Below are positions 57,459-64,000 of a stretch of DNA of 64,000 bases, piece by piece; position 1 is the first letter of the stretch; each line of letters opens with the position of its first letter. The stretch is from Nitrospirota bacterium (GTDB lineage Bacteria > JACPQY01). The notes under the pieces are model-generated. The model saw only the letters and a list, made by a program, of their open reading frames with translations. It searched no databases and was not told the origin of the DNA. The stretch covers positions 1-64,000 of the forward strand of contig JACPAV010000024.1 in NCBI GenBank assembly GCA_016180645.1. The letters run 5' to 3'. The position numbers and the translations under genes were made by a program.

Positions 57459-58085
57459 TCACGCGTGCGCTCCGTTCGTTTGAGCGACTCCGCCCACGGA
57501 GAATTCGACCAGTGACTGTATGGCTTGTTCCCGCGTGAGATCGGGATGGGTGAGATAGTAGTGGCCGGCCTGTTCGAGGAGTCCGGTCAGCGCGCGTGCA
57601 ATCAGGCCGTAGTGGAGCGCCGGCCGGAGAAGGCCTTCCCGAAGGCCGCGCTCGAACTGGCCGTAGGCGAGGCTTTCGAGCCGATCAAACATGAGATGAA
57701 TGACGCGGCCGAGTCCCACGCTTACGCTTCGCCCTTCGCGCGCGAAGAAAAGGGCGAGGTTCCGATTGCGGTCGATCGTGCTGAAATACGCCTCGATGGC
57801 CGAGCGGAAAACGCTACGCGGATCGGCGAAGGATTGGCTCTCCAAAACGGAGCTGATGTTCTGGAAAATCTCGTTTCCCACTTGGAGAGCGAATTGGCGG
57901 ACGATGTCTTCCTTGTTCTTGAAGTGCTCGTAGAACAGGCCCTTGGCGACCTGGGCCACCTGGGCGATGTCCTCGATTCGGGATGCGTCGAACCCCTTGT
58001 CCCCGAAGACTTCGCGCGCGGCGTCAAGGATCTTGCTGCGCGTCCTTGCCCGCATTTCCTTGTTCTGCTCTGCGTTTCTCCCCAT
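57459..58085 (-). CDS. TetR/AcrR-family regulator
   Basis: ILDAAREVFGDKGF...IAQVAQVAKGLFYEHFKNKE. Confidence 0.93.
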   Translation of the reverse strand: MGRNAEQNKEMRARTRSKILDAAREVFGDKGFDASRIEDIAQVAQVAKGLFYEHFKNKEDIVRQFALQVGNEIFQNISSVLESQSFADPRSVFRSAIEAYFSTIDRNRNLALFFAREGRSVSVGLGRVIHLMFDRLESLAYGQFERGLREGLLRPALHYGLIARALTGLLEQAGHYYLTHPDLTREQAIQSLVEFSVGGVAQTNGAHA

Positions 58086-58089
58086 GCGA

Positions 58090-58127
58090 ATTGACTGACC
58101 ATCGGTCAATGAGCAAGGGCGGTGCCA
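58090..58127 (-). promoter_or_regulatory. Sigma54 promoter followed by TetR-like operator
   Basis: TGGCACCGCCCTTGCT (58127-58112); imperfect palindrome ATTGACTGA-CCA-TCGGTCAAT (58090-58110). Confidence 0.75.
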
Positions 58128-58326
58128 ATCCTCAGAAAGAACTTGACGTTCCTCTATAGATTTACCGGTTAGTTAAACGGTGACTGGAAGAGTCCCCATC
58201 TTTGTGTAGAATTGGGGGCGATTTCGTGTTTCACGGATGAGAGGATTTCTGCGCAGAGAAATTGATTCTCGTCATGTCGATATCGTGACGCACAGTGATA
58301 GTCGGATAACAAAGAGGAGGTAGGTT

Positions 58327-59046
58327 ATGAAGGCGAGTGGACTTTCGGTTACGTATTTGGGGCATGGAACGATGTTGTTCCAGACGTCGAGCGGCAAGAG
58401 GATCCTCATCGATCCGTGGGTCCAGGGAAACCCGGGGTGTCCGGAGGACAAGAAGAAACTTGAACGGGTAGACCTGGTCCTGATCACGCACGGTCACTTC
58501 GATCACATCGGCGATGCCGTGGCCATTGCGAAGGAGCACAGTCCGACCGTGGTGGGGATCTACGAGACGTGTGCGTGGCTGGAAAGCAAAGGCGTGCAGA
58601 AACTTTCCGGGATGAACAAAGGCGGATCGCAGATCGTTGAGGGTGTGAAGATCACGATGGTTCACGCCGATCACAGTTGCGGTATCTTGGACGATGGGAA
58701 AATCATCTATGGTGGTGAGGCGGTCGGCTATATCCTGAAGTTTGAGAACGGCCCCACGGTTTATCACTCCGGCGACACGGCGGTGTTCGGCGATATGGCG
58801 CTGATCGCGAAACTGTACAAGCCGCAGATCGCGTGCCTCCCGATCGGTGATTTCTACACGATGTCGCCCTATGAAGCGGGTTTCGCCGTGCGGATGATCA
58901 AGCCGAAGACGGTGATCCCCATGCACTACGGCACGTTCCCCGTCCTGATCGGCACGCCGGACGCCCTGCGCAAGGAGATCAAGGGCGTGAAAGGCGTCAA
59001 GGTTCTCGGCCTCAAACCCGGCGAATCCTCGGCGTATAATCGGTGA
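58327..59046 (+). CDS. UPF0173 metallo-beta-lactamase-fold hydrolase
   Basis: THGHFDH, YHSGDT, IPMHYGTFP; strong RBS. Confidence 0.93.
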   Translation: MKASGLSVTYLGHGTMLFQTSSGKRILIDPWVQGNPGCPEDKKKLERVDLVLITHGHFDHIGDAVAIAKEHSPTVVGIYETCAWLESKGVQKLSGMNKGGSQIVEGVKITMVHADHSCGILDDGKIIYGGEAVGYILKFENGPTVYHSGDTAVFGDMALIAKLYKPQIACLPIGDFYTMSPYEAGFAVRMIKPKTVIPMHYGTFPVLIGTPDALRKEIKGVKGVKVLGLKPGESSAYNR

Positions 59047-59059
59047 CAGTATACTCTAT

Positions 59060-59755
59060 TTGATTCTCACGGAATCTGCTCTCACGAAACAGGTTCACGT
59101 GGCGTGCCTCTGCGCCATCCTGGCGGCTGCTCGCGTGGGTGCGGCGTGGGGGGAATCGCCGGGCGCGCCGTCATCCATCGAATCATCCGGTGACGTTGAG
59201 GTTGCTTCCCGCATAGACTTCATTCAGGCGAGGTTGGATAGGGCGGAGGCTCCCGCTCGGAAATGGCGGACGGGGTGGTTGATCGGATTCGGGGTTCTCA
59301 CGGTGGGACAAGGGGCGATCAGTGTCATCACCGATGACCCGGGGCTTCGGATTGACAACCGGGTGGGTGGGGCCGGCTCGCTTCTGGGCTTCGTGAATGT
59401 CCTGGTCGTTCCCATGCACACCCGCTCGGCCGCCGGCGAATTACGCAGCATTCCTGATGAAACGCCCGAACAGCGGAGGGAGAAACTTCAGAAGGCGGAG
59501 GGACTTCTCTCACGAAACGCGAAGGAGGCACGTCTGGCCACGGCATGGTGGTCGAGATCCCTCAGTGCGAGTGTTCCGACGGCCTCCAGTCTGCTCCTTT
59601 GGCTTCGGTATGATCGGCCCGCATCGGCCGCACTGAACTTGGGCGCGGGACTCCTCATCGGGCAGTCACAGATTTCCACCTATCCGCGATATGCCATTCG
59701 GGACTGGAGCGATTATTCAGGTTTCAGCCTGAGGGCTGGCGAGGACCATCAGTGA
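59060..59755 (+). CDS. Hypothetical membrane protein
   Basis: Signal-like N-terminus and 3-4 hydrophobic segments. Confidence 0.6.
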   Translation: MILTESALTKQVHVACLCAILAAARVGAAWGESPGAPSSIESSGDVEVASRIDFIQARLDRAEAPARKWRTGWLIGFGVLTVGQGAISVITDDPGLRIDNRVGGAGSLLGFVNVLVVPMHTRSAAGELRSIPDETPEQRREKLQKAEGLLSRNAKEARLATAWWSRSLSASVPTASSLLLWLRYDRPASAALNLGAGLLIGQSQISTYPRYAIRDWSDYSGFSLRAGEDHQ

Positions 59756-59899
59756 CTGCATCCGGCATTCGATCCTGGTAAGGCACACTCTCACTGATCC
59801 TACTGCCCGGGACTCATTAAGGAGCAAACTTCTGCCGATTCCACTCTGTTGTAAGCAACAACACATCGTTTAATTGATTCACGGAGGCGTCGATTGAAT

Positions 59900-59987
59900 T
59901 GTGGCAAAATGTCGCACTATCATATAAGGTATTGTTATAAGATAGATATTGCATCGGAATTCAGTGTCATGTGGTATGGGCGTTGCG
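59900..59987 (+). promoter_or_regulatory. Putative sigma54 promoter with IHF-like site and enhancer-like dyad
   Basis: TGTGGCA-AAA-TGTCGCA (59900); TAACAATACCTTA on minus strand (59925-59937); TGGTATGGGCGTTGCG (59972-59987). Confidence 0.5.
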
Positions 59988-60164
59988 TATGGGCTGCGCA
60001 TGGACCCCGCACCTATCCCGGCTCAAGATGCTTTCTGGTATTGGAGCTGGAAGTGAAGCCAACCCTTCGCTGCAATCGTTCGAGTGCGCGGGGATCTGCA
60101 CAGGATAGGTGCGGGGTGGATAGACAGTCAATGATGGATCGAATGCAGATACGAGGAGGCAACG

Positions 60165-60953
60165 ATGAATCCAAATGACGTAACGGTGAGGTCTGCCGAA
60201 GGCGGCGGGCTTCTCTCGGGATGGGGGATGGATTTGGTTCCGTCCGGCGGGGAATCGGAATCGGTCCTCGATGCCCTCGGGGAAGAGGCGTTCCAGGTCG
60301 AAGCGGGACAGAAAGTCTTGGTTCTCGGATGCGGCAATGAGCCGGCCATCTTCAGGTTTCCGAGCGGAGTGGAACTGTGCTGGGTGGACCTGCTCCGACC
60401 GCACCTTTTTCTCGCCCGGGCCCAACTCCGCGACGCGGGGGTCATCTTGGCGCAGCCTACGGATCTGCCCTTCAAGAGCGTGTTTGACGTTGTGATCGTC
60501 CCTCCCTCGTGTGTGGCCAGGTTCAACGTTACGGAGAGCATCCGCCTGATGAGAGGGGCGCAGGGCGTTCTCAAAGAAGGTGGGCGGCTGATCATCGAGT
60601 TTCCCAGCCGTGAACTGCTGGCCGCATCCCCCCCGAAACTCCAGGCGCAACGATTCGGCGATGTGATCGTATTGGAGGAGAAGCGGCTCGAAGCGTCATC
60701 CACGCGGGTTCTCATCAAGAAGACCTACATTGAAAGGATGGGCGCCTCGCACCGGGTGGAATGCGAAATCCATGCCCACACGGCGAAGTTCATGGCCCAG
60801 CTTCTTCAGAAGATGGGTCTGGATGTTGTTGAACAGGAAAAGGGCGTCCTCGACCCCACGCTGCCGTGCCAACGGCTGGTGGCGCGGAAGAGACAGACCC
60901 AGCAAAAAGGCGGCGACTTCTCTCAGAAGATGGCGGCCGCCCTGGCTTCATAA
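60165..60953 (+). CDS. Class I SAM-methyltransferase-like protein (degenerate)
   Basis: KVLVLGCG, LPF...FDVVI, LKEGGRLII; GGAGG RBS. Confidence 0.65.
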   Translation: MNPNDVTVRSAEGGGLLSGWGMDLVPSGGESESVLDALGEEAFQVEAGQKVLVLGCGNEPAIFRFPSGVELCWVDLLRPHLFLARAQLRDAGVILAQPTDLPFKSVFDVVIVPPSCVARFNVTESIRLMRGAQGVLKEGGRLIIEFPSRELLAASPPKLQAQRFGDVIVLEEKRLEASSTRVLIKKTYIERMGASHRVECEIHAHTAKFMAQLLQKMGLDVVEQEKGVLDPTLPCQRLVARKRQTQQKGGDFSQKMAAALAS

Positions 60954-60964
60954 GGAGGATCTTC

Positions 60965-63900
60965 ATGAACCATTTCACGAGACACAGATTTCAAATCCTT
61001 GCCGCAGTCCTCTCGACCGCGATGATATGCGGCGGCAGAGCGGCCCGGGCTCAATCTTCCTCGCCTCCTTCCGCACCGGACGCGAGCAGGATGACCGTGA
61101 CCATGAACCCCCCGGGGATCCACGATACGCTCACGGGATCGGCCGGCGCGGTGGGACCCTGGCTGTCGGTCTGGGTCTTCAAGGATTCCTCGTTGACGGT
61201 TCAAATCGGATCCGGCATCGGACAAGAGGATGGTTCTTTCCCCGCCATCGACATCGGGGACAATCAGGCCGACTCGTGGAACAAGGTCTATGTGGTTGCG
61301 GCGGACGCGATCTTTGTGAAGAGCCCGGCAACCACCATGATCAACGATGTCACCCCTCCGAATACCGGTATTACGTCGAGTCCGCCATACTCGACCAACC
61401 TCACGTACGCAAACCTCTATTTCACCGCCACACAGACCGGGTCAACGTTCCAGTGCAAGCTGGATGCTCAAAGCTACGCCGTTTGCACCTCGCCGGCGTC
61501 CTACTCGGGTCTCGGCGTGGGAACGCATAGGTTCTACGTCAAGGCCACCGACGTGGCAGGGAACATGGATGCGACGCCGGCAATCAAGTCTTGGACGATC
61601 GACTTGACCCCGCCGAACACTACGATGACGTCCTTCCCGCCGAGCCCGACCAACCAGACCACGGCGGCCTTCTCATTCAGTTCGAACGAATCCGGATCGA
61701 GTTTCCGCTGCCGAATGGATTCCGCGGCCTCTTATTCGGTGTGCTCTTCGCCCAAAACCACCTCGAACCTGGCCGCCGGAGTGCACACCTTCTACGTCTA
61801 CGCCGTCGATCGCGCCGGCAACTCGGATGCCACGCCCGCGAGCTACAGTTGGACGATAGACCTCACGTCTCCCGACACGACCCTGAGCGCCACCGACGGT
61901 TTTTCCGTGTTGAGCTCGGGTGAGATCACCACGTCGACGTTCGTCCAATTCACTTTCGGCAGCACCGAATCCTCATCCTTCTTCTGTCAACTCGACATTG
62001 GCACGCCCGCCCCGTGCGGCTCTCCCGTTGAATTCACCGTCAGCCAGGGAGCCCACGCGTTCAGCGTCTACGCCGTTGACCAGGCGGGAAACAATGACCC
62101 GACCCCGGCCGGCATTACCTGGACGGTCGATACCCCTCCGACGGTCCGGCTGCTGACGGCCCCTCCGCCGTGGACAAACACGGCTGAAGCCACGTTCGCG
62201 TTCTCCGCCTCGGAAGAGGGCTGCCTGTTCGAATGTGCACTGGACACCGAATCCTTCTCACCGTGCGTGTCGCCTTTTCCCTCGCCCGCCCAATCGGATG
62301 GCAACCATGCCTTCCACGTGAAGGCGACCGACACGGGCGGCGCCGTGTCCCCTACCGTGCATCACACCTGGTCGGTGGATACGGTCGTTCCTGATACCCT
62401 CATGACTCCTGATCCCCCCCTGACGACGGGACCCGACGCGACGTTCGGATTCGTCTCGTCCGAGCCGAGCACGTCGTCGTTCGAATGCTCCCTGGATGGG
62501 GGGCTGTATCGGGCGTGTGTGCCCGCCGCGTCCTACACCTTCCTGCCCGCGGGGAGCCACGCGTTTTCGGTCCGCGCGCGCGACCTCGCCGGGAACGTGG
62601 ATCCCATGCCCGCCTCGCATGCGTGGACCGTGGATGTGGAGCGGCCGAGTTTCGGAGGAGTGATTTCTGCGACCGCCATTTCGGCGTCCATGATGGCGCT
62701 TTCATGGGAGCCGGCAACGGACAACCTCAGCCCATCGGATCGGATCTCGTACAGAATCTGTCAGTCGTCTTTCTCCGGCGACTGCGGGTCGAATTTCGTC
62801 GCCACGGCCACGGCCCCCTCCGGCGCCACGTCCTATTCCCAAGAGGCATTGATGGCCTCAACGTCCTACTTCTTCGTCGTTCGCGCCGTGGATGAAGCCG
62901 GGAACGAGGATTGGAATGTCAATGAGGTCACGGCCCGCACCCTTGCTGCGCCCGGCTCGCTGCTCATGACCCTGAATGGCGATCGCGCCGGCGGGAACTT
63001 CGGCACGGCGGGGACGGTTCTGGGCGACATCGATGGGGATGGCAAGGATGAGTTCGCCGTGAGCCAGCCCGGTTCCTGGGATGGGTCGGGCCAAGTCTTT
63101 GTGTATTCCTGGGCGGACCCGATGGCCTCGCCAAGTGGACTGGACCTGCGCTATCAGATCCCGAATCCGGGCAATTCCAGGGCTTTCGGCGACATGGTGC
63201 AAGGGGGTGGGGATGTCAACGGGGACGGCACGCCCGACCTCCTCATCTCGGGGCGGTGGGATACCGAAGGCGGTGACAGCGTGTACGTACACTCCGGTCG
63301 CGATGGCTCGCTGCTGTTCCGGCTGCAATCGCCCGCCTTGGACGATGGGTTCGGCTGGTCGGCCGCGATACTTGACGATCTCGATCGAGACGGCCATGCC
63401 GAGGTTCTGGTCGGCGCGCCCCGCGCCTATGACATGTTCGGGCGGGCCGGCCTCGCCTACCTTTACTCCGGAGCCGACGGCACACTTCTGCGTGCGCCGT
63501 GCAACATGGCGTACAGCGAGACCGAATTCGGGTACTCCGTGTCAGCGATCGGCGACGTGGACGGCGATGGCACGGGCGACTACGCCATCGGTGCGCCGCG
63601 CGACCTTTCGGACGGTCCCTCGCCGAATCGGACCGGTGTGGTCTGGGTATTCTCCGGGGCGGAGGGCAATCTGCTGTACCACAAGACCGGGACGAACGAC
63701 TTGGAGAGATTCGGGCACGTCGTCTCCGGCGGTTTCGATTTGAAGGGGGATGGCTCACCGGACTTGGTGGTGGCTTCCTCCCAGTGGGGAAACGTCACGC
63801 TTCATGCCCTCTCGGGTAGGGACGGATCGGTGCTGTGGCAGAAGACCGATGTCGCCCTGCCCATCTCCATCTCTCGCGACCTCAACGGCGACGGCTTTGC

Positions 63901-64000
63901 CGACATTCTGATCCGATCCAACGCCTTGTCCGGCGTGGACGGCTCGTGGCTTTTCAACATGCCGATGCCCGTCCCATCGATTCAGCCCATGATGGGAGAT
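60965..64000 (+). CDS. Large secreted protein (3' end outside window): 5 Ig-like repeats, FN3, FG-GAP repeats
   Basis: AGGAGG RBS and ATG 60965; repeats FxCxLD...C...GxHxFxVxAxDxAGNxDxTPA; GDIDGDGKDEF, GDVNGDGTPDL, GDVDGDG; no stop seen. Confidence 0.88.
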   Translation, partial: MNHFTRHRFQILAAVLSTAMICGGRAARAQSSSPPSAPDASRMTVTMNPPGIHDTLTGSAGAVGPWLSVWVFKDSSLTVQIGSGIGQEDGSFPAIDIGDNQADSWNKVYVVAADAIFVKSPATTMINDVTPPNTGITSSPPYSTNLTYANLYFTATQTGSTFQCKLDAQSYAVCTSPASYSGLGVGTHRFYVKATDVAGNMDATPAIKSWTIDLTPPNTTMTSFPPSPTNQTTAAFSFSSNESGSSFRCRMDSAASYSVCSSPKTTSNLAAGVHTFYVYAVDRAGNSDATPASYSWTIDLTSPDTTLSATDGFSVLSSGEITTSTFVQFTFGSTESSSFFCQLDIGTPAPCGSPVEFTVSQGAHAFSVYAVDQAGNNDPTPAGITWTVDTPPTVRLLTAPPPWTNTAEATFAFSASEEGCLFECALDTESFSPCVSPFPSPAQSDGNHAFHVKATDTGGAVSPTVHHTWSVDTVVPDTLMTPDPPLTTGPDATFGFVSSEPSTSSFECSLDGGLYRACVPAASYTFLPAGSHAFSVRARDLAGNVDPMPASHAWTVDVERPSFGGVISATAISASMMALSWEPATDNLSPSDRISYRICQSSFSGDCGSNFVATATAPSGATSYSQEALMASTSYFFVVRAVDEAGNEDWNVNEVTARTLAAPGSLLMTLNGDRAGGNFGTAGTVLGDIDGDGKDEFAVSQPGSWDGSGQVFVYSWADPMASPSGLDLRYQIPNPGNSRAFGDMVQGGGDVNGDGTPDLLISGRWDTEGGDSVYVHSGRDGSLLFRLQSPALDDGFGWSAAILDDLDRDGHAEVLVGAPRAYDMFGRAGLAYLYSGADGTLLRAPCNMAYSETEFGYSVSAIGDVDGDGTGDYAIGAPRDLSDGPSPNRTGVVWVFSGAEGNLLYHKTGTNDLERFGHVVSGGFDLKGDGSPDLVVASSQWGNVTLHALSGRDGSVLWQKTDVALPISISRDLNGDGFADILIRSNALSGVDGSWLFNMPMPVPSIQPMMGD

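Noticed and set aside
59902-59916. TGGCA...TCGCA as a sigma54 promoter
   Set aside because: GG-GC spacing is 9 rather than 10; a better match lies at 59972.

Overview
High-GC bacterial window, probably from an uncultured 'deltaproteobacterial'-type lineage (a guess from gene content). It is dominated by redox genes. (1) 31.1-58.1 kb, minus strand: a tightly coupled ~27-kb operon behind a sigma54-type promoter with a TetR-like operator. It encodes FOUR divergent Tat-exported type II DMSO-reductase-family alpha subunits (ethylbenzene/steroid C25 dehydrogenase-like), two beta subunits, one heme-b gamma subunit, one chaperone, a His-bearing membrane protein, an APH-family kinase with two unknown partners, an SRPBCC protein, a paired acyl-CoA dehydrogenase, an SCP2-type thiolase, a frameshifted CoA ligase, a ferredoxin, a nitroreductase and a methyltransferase. 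The set resembles a complete O2-independent pathway for activating a steroid/isoprenoid side chain. (2) 21.2-28.3 kb: an anammox/Nitrospira-type periplasmic NXR operon with a diheme-c/gamma fusion. It is divergent from (3) an A1-type heme-copper oxidase operon whose subunit I appears to lack the K-channel Lys. Also present: a fused CoA-activase gene with a TetR operator, a glycoside-hydrolase/GMC/two-component cluster, a small accessory island (retropepsin, inverted-repeat-flanked ORFan, toxin-antitoxin pair inside a duplicated gene end), two large secreted repeat proteins cut by the window edges, and many REP-like palindromes and heptamer repeats, several in frame inside genes. I saw no rRNA, tRNA, CRISPR array or transposase. 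All family calls come from motif recognition only; no searches were run.
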